From: Gammaproteobacteria bacterium RIFCSPHIGHO2_12_FULL_35_23
Lineage (GTDB): Bacteria > Pseudomonadota > Gammaproteobacteria > UBA12402
Assembly: GCA_001801465.1 (NCBI GenBank)
Contig: MGXT01000023.1
Location: 3,809-67,808 of the forward strand
DNA length: 64,000 nucleotides
Direction: 5' to 3'
The position numbers and the translations under genes are program-made. Positions 50,938 through 60,863 of the stretch are shown here, piece by piece. Position 1 is the first letter of the stretch. The number at the start of each line of letters is the position of its first letter. A model generated the notes under the pieces. That model had not been told where the DNA came from. It saw only the letters and a program-made list of their open reading frames with translations, and did not search any database.

Positions 50938-52350
50938 CTAAGCCCTACGACTAGGTTTAGTCATTGTTTCCGGTTTTACTATTCGATCAAATTCTGCTTC
51001 ACTTAATAAACCCAACTCTAAACATGATTGTTTTAAAGTTAAATCTTTAATATGAGCATTATGAGCGGCTTTTGCTGCATTATCGTAACCAATAGTTGGT
51101 GCTAATGCTGTAACTAACATTAGAGAATTATTAACAAAATAATTAATTTTCTTTTTGTCGGCTTTAAGTCCTTCAATACAATATTTAGTAAAAGTCGTAC
51201 AAACATCGGCAAGTAAAGTTAATGAGTGTAAAAAGTTAAAAATTATCACTGGCTTAAATACATTAAGCTCAAAGTTTCCTTGCGAACCTGCAAAACCAAT
51301 TGCAGCATCATTACCCATAACCTGCACACAAACCATTGTCATGGCTTCGCACTGAGTTGGGTTAACTTTCCCTGGCATAATAGATGAACCAGGTTCATTT
51401 TCAGGAAGAATTAGCTCTCCTAAACCACAGCGAGGACCAGAACCAAGCCAGCGTACATCGTTAGCAATTTTCATCAAAGCAGCAGCCAGGCTTTTTAAAG
51501 CTCCACTTGCCGATACTAAGGCATCATGCGCTGCCAGATTAGCAAATTTGTTAACTGCTGTTACAAAAGGTAATCCTGTTAATTCAGCAATTTTCTTGGC
51601 CACTCGTTTAGCAAATTCAGGATGTGCATTAAGCCCAGTTCCCACTGCAGTACCTCCTGCAGCTAACTGATATAAATCTGGTAGCACTGATTTAATTCTT
51701 TTAATGCAAGCATCTAATTGTGCCACATAACCTGAAAACTCCTGCTCTAATGTTAAAGGTACAGCGTCTTGTAAGTGCGTACGACCAATTTTGACGATTT
51801 TACTAAATTCTTTTTGTTTTTTTGCTAAAGTATCACGCAGTTTTTTTATGGCAGGTAATAATTTATTAACTAACTGGCTAGCTGCTGCAATATGCATTGC
51901 AGTTGGGAAAGTATCGTTTGATGATTGCGACATGTTAACATGGTCATTGGGATGAACTGGATTTTTACTACCTAATTTACCTCCAGAAATTTGAATCGCT
52001 CGATTCGCAATAACTTCATTAACGTTCATATTGGTCTGTGTACCACTACCTGTTTGCCAAATATGTAAAGGAAACTGATCATCGTGTTTGCCAGCAATAA
52101 TTTCTTCTGCCGCTTGAATAATTAATTTAGCTTTTTCTTTAGGCAGAATTTTTAACTCTGAATTAGTCAAGGCAGCAGCTTTTTTGAGATATCCAAATGC
52201 GTGAATAAGCTCTAAAGGCATTAAATCATGACCAATTGGAAAATGAATCAGAGAACGCATGGTTTGAGCACCCCATAACACATCACTGGGTACTTCAATT
52301 TTACCCATGCTATCAGTTTCAACCCTCATACTCGGTTTATTAGCTGCCAT
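50938..52350 (-). CDS. fumC: Class II fumarate hydratase
   Basis: [20 protein letters not shown] and [15 protein letters not shown]. Confidence 0.98.
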   Translation of the reverse strand: MAANKPSMRVETDSMGKIEVPSDVLWGAQTMRSLIHFPIGHDLMPLELIHAFGYLKKAAALTNSELKILPKEKAKLIIQAAEEIIAGKHDDQFPLHIWQTGSGTQTNMNVNEVIANRAIQISGGKLGSKNPVHPNDHVNMSQSSNDTFPTAMHIAAASQLVNKLLPAIKKLRDTLAKKQKEFSKIVKIGRTHLQDAVPLTLEQEFSGYVAQLDACIKRIKSVLPDLYQLAAGGTAVGTGLNAHPEFAKRVAKKIAELTGLPFVTAVNKFANLAAHDALVSASGALKSLAAALMKIANDVRWLGSGPRCGLGELILPENEPGSSIMPGKVNPTQCEAMTMVCVQVMGNDAAIGFAGSQGNFELNVFKPVIIFNFLHSLTLLADVCTTFTKYCIEGLKADKKKINYFVNNSLMLVTALAPTIGYDNAAKAAHNAHIKDLTLKQSCLELGLLSEAEFDRIVKPETMTKPSRRA

Positions 52351-52383
52351 GATATTTCCCTCTTTGCTCTAATATTAAAAAAT

Positions 52384-55014
52384 TCAATCTTCTAAACTCT
52401 TACTAACAATTTCTAATACATCCGTTGATAAACTTGGACTTGTTTTAATCCGTATCAATTGATCTTTCATTAACTGTTGCCGCACTTCATCAAATTTACG
52501 CCATTGTGAAAGAACAGTAACCAATCTTGCTGCTCCCATAGGATTAATCTTGTCTAACTGAATTATTTGTTCAGTTATGAACTCATAACTTTTGCCATCT
52601 TTGGTATGAAAACATTCAAAATTTCTTACAAAAGAACCTAATAAAGCTCTGACTTTATTAGGATTCTTAATATTAAATGCGGGGTGTTTTAACAGAGTTT
52701 TTACTCTTTCTAAGGTATTAGAACCTATTATTCTGGCTTGAACAGCAAACCATTTATCAATAACCAGATGATCACTTTGCCATTTCTGGTAAAACATCTC
52801 TAGTACTTCCTGCTGATAATTAACATTATAAATCACCAGAACACACAACGCTGCATATTCATCAGTCATATTGTTAGCTGCTTTAAATTGCTCATACCCT
52901 AATTGACCATAAGCATCTTCTTTGGCAAGTATTAAATAAAATAATGCGATATTTTTTAAAGCACGCTCAGCTGCTCTATGACTATTATATTCATAAGGTT
53001 TTTGAGTTAGGTTTTCTTTATAAACTACCAATAACTCTGTTTGCAGAGTTTCAGCAATTGTGTTTTGTAAAAATTTTCTAGCAGAAACCAAAGCTTCCAC
53101 GTCAATTTTATCAACGAGTTCTATTAAATAATTTATTTCAGGCAAAGTAAACATTTCAGCAACTAAAGCTTTATCGACTTTTCTGTCTTTTAGTAACGTG
53201 TTTAAACTATCAAGATACTGTTGAGGCTTAGTCAACTTTTCTTTTGCCTGATACTGCTTCATCAATTTAAATAAGACTAAAGTTGCTAATTGTTGACTAG
53301 CTTCCCAGCGGGCAACAGCATCATTATCTTTCGCCATTAAAAAGGCGAGCTCTTCTTCAGAATAATTATACTCTAATTTAACTGGCGCTGAAAAATGACG
53401 TAACAATGAAGGAATTGGTTTCTCTGCAATATTAATAAAAGTAAACTCTTTATCTTTTTCTGTGAAATTAATTACATAAGTTTTACTACTAGTCAAATCC
53501 TGTCTACTTTGCAATGGTATATCTTCACCCGCTTTATTAAGCAGACCAAATGCAAAAGGAATATGTAGAGGATCTTTATGAGGCTGACCAGGTGTGGGTA
53601 AACAACTTTGTTGCAAGCGAATACGATAACTAGCTTTTTCTTGATCATAAGCAGTTGTTACTTTAATAATAGGGGTTCCAGCCTGGTTATACCATTTTTT
53701 AAACAAAGTTAGATCGATGTCACTTGCATCTTGTAGTGCTTGCACAAAATCATCACAGCTTACTGCCTTACCGTCATTACGGCTGAAATAGAGATCTGTG
53801 CCTTTTCGAAACTTTTCAGGGCCTAAAATAGTCTGCAACATACGAATAACTTCAGCCCCTTTTTCATAAATAGTAACAGTATAGAAATTATTAATTTCCA
53901 TGTAAGAATCAGGGCGAACAGAATGTGCTAAAGGACCGGCATCTTCTGGAAATTGAAAAGTACGAAATTTTTTTATTTGCTCAATCCGCTGAATGGCTTT
54001 GGACCCTACTGCTTCAGAAAAAGAATGATCACGAAAAACGGTAAAGCCTTCTTTTAAACTTAATTGAAACCAGTCTCTAACTGTTACTCGATTACCTGAC
54101 CAATTATGAAAATATTCATGACCAACCACTGCATCAATATTACTATAGTCCAAATCAGTCGCGGTTTTAGAATCAACAAGAATATATTTATCATTAAAAA
54201 TATTTAAGCCTTTATTCTCCATAGCGCCAAAATTAAAATCATTGACAGCAACAATCATAAAAATATCTAAATCATACTCTCGACCGTAAATTTCTTCATC
54301 CCATTTCATGGCTTTTTTTAATGCTTGCATAGCATAATGACATTTAGCAATGACGTTTCTTGCTGCAAAGATCCTTAAAGTAACTTTTCTTTTTGAACAA
54401 GTAACAAAATAATCTTCAATCACAGCAAGATTGCCAGCAATCATAGCAAATAAATAACAAGGCTTTTTAAAAGGATCGTGCCATTTTGCATAATGACGAC
54501 CCTCTTTTAAATTACCCTTCTCAATCAAATTACCATTTGATAACAAGACAGGATATTTTTCTTTTTTAGCAATAACCGTCGTGGTAAATACCGCCATGAC
54601 ATCGGGACGATCAATATAATAACTAATTCTTCGAAAACCCTCTGCCTCACACTGCGTACAAAAATTGCCACCCGAATTATAAAGGCCCATCAAAGCTACA
54701 TTCTCTTGGGGGTTAATTTTGCTTGTTAATTCAAGAATAAATTCATCAGGCGTATTAACAACTGTTAAGCTGTCATGCGTTAACTGATAATGATCAGCAG
54801 TTAAAGTTTTGGTGTTTAGCTTGACTTCTAGTAGTTCTTGATTTTCTCCATTGAGAATAAGCGTACTAGCTGGATCATTAGGATTAACTTTAACAAATAA
54901 TTTGCTGTAAACAAGCACATAATCTTCAAATAAATCAATAGTTAATTCTACTTTATCAATCCAGTGAGCAGGTTGTTTATAATTTTTACGATATTTTATT
55001 TCTGAATTAGACAC
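52384..55014 (-). CDS. pepN: Aminopeptidase N (M1)
   Basis: TQCEAEGFR, GAMENKGLN, HEYFH...LKEG and NPNKVRAL. Confidence 0.97.
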   Translation of the reverse strand: MSNSEIKYRKNYKQPAHWIDKVELTIDLFEDYVLVYSKLFVKVNPNDPASTLILNGENQELLEVKLNTKTLTADHYQLTHDSLTVVNTPDEFILELTSKINPQENVALMGLYNSGGNFCTQCEAEGFRRISYYIDRPDVMAVFTTTVIAKKEKYPVLLSNGNLIEKGNLKEGRHYAKWHDPFKKPCYLFAMIAGNLAVIEDYFVTCSKRKVTLRIFAARNVIAKCHYAMQALKKAMKWDEEIYGREYDLDIFMIVAVNDFNFGAMENKGLNIFNDKYILVDSKTATDLDYSNIDAVVGHEYFHNWSGNRVTVRDWFQLSLKEGFTVFRDHSFSEAVGSKAIQRIEQIKKFRTFQFPEDAGPLAHSVRPDSYMEINNFYTVTIYEKGAEVIRMLQTILGPEKFRKGTDLYFSRNDGKAVSCDDFVQALQDASDIDLTLFKKWYNQAGTPIIKVTTAYDQEKASYRIRLQQSCLPTPGQPHKDPLHIPFAFGLLNKAGEDIPLQSRQDLTSSKTYVINFTEKDKEFTFINIAEKPIPSLLRHFSAPVKLEYNYSEEELAFLMAKDNDAVARWEASQQLATLVLFKLMKQYQAKEKLTKPQQYLDSLNTLLKDRKVDKALVAEMFTLPEINYLIELVDKIDVEALVSARKFLQNTIAETLQTELLVVYKENLTQKPYEYNSHRAAERALKNIALFYLILAKEDAYGQLGYEQFKAANNMTDEYAALCVLVIYNVNYQQEVLEMFYQKWQSDHLVIDKWFAVQARIIGSNTLERVKTLLKHPAFNIKNPNKVRALLGSFVRNFECFHTKDGKSYEFITEQIIQLDKINPMGAARLVTVLSQWRKFDEVRQQLMKDQLIRIKTSPSLSTDVLEIVSKSLED

Positions 55015-55097
55015 GATACTTCCTATTCAATATTGGTAATAAATTAGTATAGCGATTCTCTTATCAAACTACAAAAATTTCAATTGCTTTTAGTATA

Positions 55098-55808
55098 TTA
55101 ATCGGTAGTTTCCCATAAATTTATTTTATCAGGATTCACCAATGTCTTAACAATATCTTGATGAGATAAAAGCTCTTCAGGTGTAGGTTTGATAATAATT
55201 AAATTTTCGCGAATACGCTTTGGCACAGATACCTGGCCATCGATTTGAGCTGTAGTTTCTTGAGCTAAGCCTTCAACAAATAAACTTGCTTGACCTCCGG
55301 TCATAGCAAGATAAACTTGCGCTAAAATTTCAGCGTCAAGTAAGGCACCGTGCAACTCACGTTGAGAGTTATCAATTCGATAACGCTTGCAAAGTGCATC
55401 CAAACTGTTACGTTGACCTGGATGAGTTTTTCTTGCTAATACCAAGGTATCAAATACCTGACAAATTTGTTGAACTCTTTTTATCTCTGCTTTAATTAAT
55501 TTTAGCTCATAATCTATAAAACCAATATCAAAGGGAGCATTATGAATAATCAACTCAGCACCAGAAATAAAGTTGATAAAATGGCTAACTATTTCTTTAA
55601 AGCAAGGCTTGTTACTTAAAAATTCATTTGTAATACCATGGACTGCTAAAGCTTCTTGCTCTACCTCTCGTTCTGGATTGATATATTCATGAAAATGACG
55701 CCCTGTTAATCTTCTATCAATTAACTCTACACCACCAATTTCAATAATTCGATGGCCCAACTTAGGGTCTAAACCAGTCGTTTCCGTGTCTAATACAATT
55801 TGTCTCAT
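55098..55808 (-). CDS. dnaQ: DNA polymerase III epsilon subunit
   Basis: LDTETTG, HNAPFD and HGALLDAEILA. Confidence 0.97.
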   Translation of the reverse strand: MRQIVLDTETTGLDPKLGHRIIEIGGVELIDRRLTGRHFHEYINPEREVEQEALAVHGITNEFLSNKPCFKEIVSHFINFISGAELIIHNAPFDIGFIDYELKLIKAEIKRVQQICQVFDTLVLARKTHPGQRNSLDALCKRYRIDNSQRELHGALLDAEILAQVYLAMTGGQASLFVEGLAQETTAQIDGQVSVPKRIRENLIIIKPTPEELLSHQDIVKTLVNPDKINLWETTD

Positions 55809-55809
55809 C

Positions 55810-56253
55810 TTAAAGCCCTATTAATTCATCTATACCTTGATTAGCTAATCGATCCGCTTGCTCATTATCAGGATGACCATTATGCCCTTTTACCCAACGC
55901 CAATCAATTTCATGAAGCTTAACTAAAGCTACTAACTGCTGCCATAAATCTACATTTTTTACAGGTTTTTTATTACTTGTACGCCAATCGTTAAGTTGCC
56001 ATTGTGTAATCCACTCGGTAATCCCTCGTCGTAAATATTCAGAATCTGTCGTTAAAATAATTTTTGATGGGCGTTTGATTGCTATCAAAGCAGCAATAGC
56101 TGCCATCAATTCCATACGATTATTGGTCGTTAATCTTTCACCCCCGTACAGAAACTTTTCTTTATCCCCATAACGTAAAACTGCCCCCCATCCTCCTGGC
56201 CCAGGATTACCACGACAAGCCCCATCTGTAAAAATCTCAATCACATGCTTCAT
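55810..56253 (-). CDS. rnhA: Ribonuclease HI
   Basis: [28 protein letters not shown] and NEQAD. Confidence 0.97.
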   Translation of the reverse strand: MKHVIEIFTDGACRGNPGPGGWGAVLRYGDKEKFLYGGERLTTNNRMELMAAIAALIAIKRPSKIILTTDSEYLRRGITEWITQWQLNDWRTSNKKPVKNVDLWQQLVALVKLHEIDWRWVKGHNGHPDNEQADRLANQGIDELIGL

Positions 56254-57014
56254 ATTTTATGTTGTTCCTGCTCTGCCAAGGTTGTCGTAGGAGTTGTAAT
56301 GGCACTATTTTTTAAAACTTTAGGAACCTCATGCCATTTTAAACGTAATGGTGTTACCCCATAGACTCGTTTTTTAGCAACAAGCATATAAACCGCACCT
56401 GAAAAAGGTAATAAAACTCTAAAAAATGCTTCTAAAAAAGCTAGCTTTTTAAATAATCCAAAGCGTTTAGCATGCGGTCTATACAAAAATCTTTTTGTTA
56501 ATACAACTTCGTAATTAAGTAAGGTAAGCAAATCTTTTATATGCCAAATTGAATGAAAGTTACCACACCAAGGCACTTTAAACCGCATTGAAAAAATTCT
56601 CCTTAGCCCCCACAAACTGTAGGGATTAAAACCAAGCACTACCATATAGCCCTCTGGCTGCAAACAGATATTAGCTTCTCTTAAAATGTGACTGGTACGT
56701 TTACTAAAATCTAAAGTATGGGGTAATAAAATAAAATCAACACTACATGGTAATAAAGGAATTTCATCAGGATGGGCAACAATACAATGACAGGTTTTAT
56801 TAGTAGAAGAAATATCGGGTGTAACAAGTAGTGATTGTTTTGCTGGTGAGCTAGTAAGGAAGGCCTGTTGTTCGGCAGCACCTATCACTACCATACAGTT
56901 AGCCGACTTACCGTACTTTAATTTTTTTACTGCCTTAACCTCAATATTTAATACCTCTCTGCCTGTCTCGGTACTTAGCCAATTATTAAATTTTTCATGC
57001 AAATTTTTTTTCAT
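56250..57014 (-). CDS. yafS: YafS-like methyltransferase-domain protein
   Basis: LPHTLDF, LREA...L.PEG and GFNPYSLWG; conserved position between rnhA and gloB. Confidence 0.8.
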   Translation of the reverse strand: MKKNLHEKFNNWLSTETGREVLNIEVKAVKKLKYGKSANCMVVIGAAEQQAFLTSSPAKQSLLVTPDISSTNKTCHCIVAHPDEIPLLPCSVDFILLPHTLDFSKRTSHILREANICLQPEGYMVVLGFNPYSLWGLRRIFSMRFKVPWCGNFHSIWHIKDLLTLLNYEVVLTKRFLYRPHAKRFGLFKKLAFLEAFFRVLLPFSGAVYMLVAKKRVYGVTPLRLKWHEVPKVLKNSAITTPTTTLAEQEQHKI

Positions 57015-57072
57015 TTAATATATTTTCTCACAGTAACTATACAGCAATCGAATATTTCTTTATGCTTTAGAA

Positions 57073-57843
57073 ATGATAGATGTTATTCCCATTCCGGCTT
57101 TTAAAGATAATTATATCTGGGTTTTAATTAATAAAACGACTAATCAATGTATTGGTGTTGACCCAGGTGATGCAACCCCTTTGCTAGATTTTTTAGCACA
57201 ACATCAATTAACACTATCGGCTATTTTTATTACCCACCACCATCCTGATCATATTGGTGGTATAGCTACTATCCTAAAAGATCATCAAGTACCTGTCTAT
57301 GGACCTCGTAAAGAAAATATCTCTTTTTGTACTCATCCATTAATCGAAAATGATATGGTCAGCATTCAATCATGGCCAGTAGAGTTTTTGATTAAAGAAG
57401 TCCCTGGGCACACCCTTGGGCATATTTTTTTCTATAGCAAACCTTGGTTATTCTGCGGTGACACACTATTTAGTATAGGCTGCGGCAGATTATTTGAAGG
57501 CAGCCCTGAGCAAATGTACAGCTCTTTAAAAAAAATTACTGAGCTACCGGATGAAACACAAATTTATTGTACTCATGAGTACACACTAAATAACATTAAA
57601 TTTGCGCAAAAAGTAGACCCTAATAATGAGAACCTTAACCAATATCAGCATCATTGCCAAATTTTACGTGCTAAAAATTTGCCTACTTTGCCTAGTAATT
57701 TAGCTTTAGAAAAAGCCTGTAACCCTTTTTTACGCTGTACCAATGCACTCATCAAAAAAACTGTTGAAGATTACTGCCACCAAAAATTCGATACCTCTGT
57801 CCAAATTTTTGCAGCATTACGCGCTTGGAAAGACAAATTTTGA
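57073..57843 (+). CDS. gloB: Hydroxyacylglutathione hydrolase (glyoxalase II)
   Basis: DNYIW, THHHPDHIGG, PGHTLGH, GDTLF..GCGR and HEYT. Confidence 0.96.
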   Translation: MIDVIPIPAFKDNYIWVLINKTTNQCIGVDPGDATPLLDFLAQHQLTLSAIFITHHHPDHIGGIATILKDHQVPVYGPRKENISFCTHPLIENDMVSIQSWPVEFLIKEVPGHTLGHIFFYSKPWLFCGDTLFSIGCGRLFEGSPEQMYSSLKKITELPDETQIYCTHEYTLNNIKFAQKVDPNNENLNQYQHHCQILRAKNLPTLPSNLALEKACNPFLRCTNALIKKTVEDYCHQKFDTSVQIFAALRAWKDKF

Positions 57844-57892
57844 TCTAATTTTGTAACAAAAGCTATTTTTAATTGCTGTAAACTCCAATCTG

Positions 57893-59770
57893 ATGCACAA
57901 TACGCCACTTTATATGATTAATAAAATCAAAATGAGAAATTGGCTAACAAGGCTGTTAAAAATTCTGCTAGTAACTGCACTGATGGGAACCTTAGCAGCT
58001 TGCGCAACTAATGACAGTTATACAAGTGGCTTAGGTGAAGGCAGTATACAAGAAGTTATTGAATATAAATCAGCCCCTGATTTATGGCAAGACTTAAGTA
58101 GTAATTTTAATTTGCCTCAAGAAACTGCTAATAACCCTGCCGTTAAAGAACAATTAGATTGGTATGTCGCTCATCCTGGTTATCTACATCGTACCTTTAT
58201 GCGTGCTAAGCCCTACTTATACTATATCTTCCAGCAAGTAAAAAGGCGCGGCCTTCCTGCAGAAATTGCACTGATGCCAATGGTTGAAAGTGCTTATAAC
58301 CCATTTGCGATTAATATGGGCAGCGGGGCTTCTGGTCTCTGGCAAATGGTAACAGGTACTGCTTTAGGCTTTGGTTTAAATGTTAACTGGTGGTATGACG
58401 GTCGACGCGACATTGTTGCTTCAACCAATGCTGCTCTAGATTATCTTGCTTATTTAGGTAATTTCTTTAATGGTGATTGGCTCTTAGCGATTGCTGCCTA
58501 CGATACTGGCGAAGGTAATGTCCAACATGCTATCAATAATAATGCTAGAGTAGGTAAAGATACTGATTTCTGGCATTTAACATTACCACGTGAAACCCAA
58601 TATTATGTTCCCAAAGTCTTAGCGCTTGCTGTACTGATCAAAAATCCTGAACGTTATGGCATCAAACTTCCTTATGTTCCAGATGCCCCTTATCTAGCAC
58701 AAGTCAATGTAGGTACACAAATTGATCTTCACACTGCTGCAAAAATGGCTGGCATCAGTCTACAAGAATTTACTACTCTTAACCCTGGTTTTAATCGTTC
58801 AGCTACTGCTCCAAACGGCCCTTTCAAAATCTTATTGCCACTTTCAAAAGTTCAACATTTTGAATCTAACTTAAGACAATCAACGGGGAGCTCTACGCAG
58901 CTAATAGTTCATCATGTAACAGTTGAACCAGGTGACACCTTAAATAGTATTGCTAGACGTTACCATACTACAGTAGATTTAATTGAAAAAGCCAATTCCT
59001 TAACTTCACATACCTTAAAACCTGGACAAGATCTTATCATATCTAACCAACCAGAAGTGACTGGGCTAGGTGCCGATCAGTATACTAAGTCTTTATATAA
59101 TATTCCTGAACCTGATGTCATTCATTATACCGTAAGACCTGGCGAAACGTTATTTTCACTCGCCAGAAAATTTAGAGTTACCCCTAACGATATAGTATTT
59201 TGGAACAGCTTAAAATCAGAGCAAATTTTACCTGGTAGCACACTTGCTATTTTCCCACCGCCTCCACCCAAAGAACGACCTACTATTATAACGCATGTAT
59301 TAACCTATCGTGTTAGACCTGGTGACGATTTAACCCAAATTGCGAAACGTTTTCATGTTTCTGCGAGTTTGTTACAAAGAGAAAATAATTTGCACGGAAA
59401 TAATATTCGGGTAGGACAAATTTTACGAATTCCTGGCACTGTGATTCATATTATACCTGAAAGATATGAAACTACCCCGACTAGAAAACTTAGCCCTCAC
59501 GAATCAGCTATAAGATCATCTACTGCTTTGGTAGATAAAGCGCACTATGCTAAAAAAATAAACATAAAGACCCCTGCTCGTATTGCTAGCTACCATCAAG
59601 TAGCAGTACGTTCAAAGGAAAAGCCAGCTACTCATTATCAAGTAAAACATGGTGATACCCTTTATTCCATTGCCAGACGATTTAATATGTCCCCAGAATA
59701 TTTAATGAAAATAAATCATATTAGCAGTCCTAAGCAATTATATGCTGGCCGCTCTTTAAATGTTAATTAA
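57893..59770 (+). CDS. mltD: MltD-like lytic transglycosylase lipoprotein with four LysM domains (start may be downstream)
   Basis: LAAC lipobox, PMVES, GLWQ, DGRRD and ETQYYVPK; four V.PG(D/E)/VKHGD..L..(I/L)A LysM repeats. Confidence 0.9.
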   Translation: MHNTPLYMINKIKMRNWLTRLLKILLVTALMGTLAACATNDSYTSGLGEGSIQEVIEYKSAPDLWQDLSSNFNLPQETANNPAVKEQLDWYVAHPGYLHRTFMRAKPYLYYIFQQVKRRGLPAEIALMPMVESAYNPFAINMGSGASGLWQMVTGTALGFGLNVNWWYDGRRDIVASTNAALDYLAYLGNFFNGDWLLAIAAYDTGEGNVQHAINNNARVGKDTDFWHLTLPRETQYYVPKVLALAVLIKNPERYGIKLPYVPDAPYLAQVNVGTQIDLHTAAKMAGISLQEFTTLNPGFNRSATAPNGPFKILLPLSKVQHFESNLRQSTGSSTQLIVHHVTVEPGDTLNSIARRYHTTVDLIEKANSLTSHTLKPGQDLIISNQPEVTGLGADQYTKSLYNIPEPDVIHYTVRPGETLFSLARKFRVTPNDIVFWNSLKSEQILPGSTLAIFPPPPPKERPTIITHVLTYRVRPGDDLTQIAKRFHVSASLLQRENNLHGNNIRVGQILRIPGTVIHIIPERYETTPTRKLSPHESAIRSSTALVDKAHYAKKINIKTPARIASYHQVAVRSKEKPATHYQVKHGDTLYSIARRFNMSPEYLMKINHISSPKQLYAGRSLNVN

Positions 59771-60337
59771 TTAAACTTGCCACAAAGTTTCAGACTCACC
59801 CATTTTTAAAGCAACATATCGTGCCATGACAAATAACCAATCGCTTAATCGATTCAAATAAACAATAATGGTTTCCTCTAAGGGTTCAGCTTCAGCCAAA
59901 CTTAATATTTCTCTTTCAGCACGCCGGCACACACTTCTGGTGATATGTAAACGTGTACTCACCTCTCCTCCACCAGGTAAAATAAAAGAGGTTAAATTAG
60001 ATAACTCCTCATTATATTGATCAATTTCTTGCTCTAATCTTTCAATGTCTTTCATCTGAATAATTGGTGTATTAGCCCGTCGATAGCTAGGTAATACAGC
60101 TAGTTGTGAACCAAGATTAAAAAGTTCTTGCTGAATTTGTCGCATTAGTAACAACAAGGCTTGTAAATTTGTTTCAGTTTTAAGCACTTGAATACTCCAA
60201 CCCAAAAATGAATTTAATTCATCCACCTCTCCAATAGCCTTTATTCGTAATGAGGATTTTTTTACTCGTAAACCAGCCGCTAAATGTGTCTCACCTTGAT
60301 CTCCTAGTCGAGTATAAACTTTAGTTATTTTCACCAT
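59771..60337 (-). CDS. PduO-type cob(I)alamin adenosyltransferase
   Basis: KVYTRLGDQG, GEVDELNS, FILPGG, RSVCRRAER and YLNRLSD; ATG 60337 preferred. Confidence 0.92.
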   Translation of the reverse strand: MVKITKVYTRLGDQGETHLAAGLRVKKSSLRIKAIGEVDELNSFLGWSIQVLKTETNLQALLLLMRQIQQELFNLGSQLAVLPSYRRANTPIIQMKDIERLEQEIDQYNEELSNLTSFILPGGGEVSTRLHITRSVCRRAEREILSLAEAEPLEETIIVYLNRLSDWLFVMARYVALKMGESETLWQV

Positions 60338-60472
60338 TTTTATTAATCCTAATTTAAAGAAAGTAGCCTTAAGTAATTTTTCTAACACTAGTTTAACTTC
60401 ATTTACAGTAAAAGCTATTAACTCTACTTTTTCTTACTAAGTAACTATTTGTTTTACAAATTAAGGTTCACG

Positions 60473-60682
60473 TTACTCACATTTTCTGTGGATAACTTTG
60501 TTAGTAATACTGGGATTTATCCCGCAAAGCGGCATTTCACCATACTTTTTACAAATTGAATAAACTCTAGCCATTAAAAATTTTACTTAATAATCAAATA
60601 GTTATAATAATGTTTCTTTTTTAACTGTCTCTCTTACGCAACTGCTTAATAAAAAATCGAGTCAGTGCATAATTGTGTAAAA
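60473..60682. promoter_or_regulatory. DnaA-box cluster with IHF site, DARS-like
   Basis: TTACTCACA-N5-TGTGGATAA-N3-TGTTAGTAA (60473-60507), AATCAAATAGTTA (60592-60604), AGTGCATAA (60664-60672) and TGTGTAAAA (60674-60682). Confidence 0.7.
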
Positions 60683-60863
60683 AGGCTTACAAACGCTTAG
60701 CAATTTAGTCATTATTTTAACCGAATAATCTTTTTTGTTTAGCTTTTACACTTAAGTGAGGCCATTTATTAAAGCCTATAACATTTTCTTAAAGACAGCC
60801 TAGATGCTTTAATCTATTCTAACTAAGAATAAAAAGTCCAAGCTGAGATTTGATATAATCACT

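Noticed and set aside
60400..60860. Replication origin (oriC)
   Set aside because: Few DnaA boxes, no dnaA/gidA/rpmH context, and by eye the plus strand stays C-rich on both sides (skew not computed); DARS geometry fits better.
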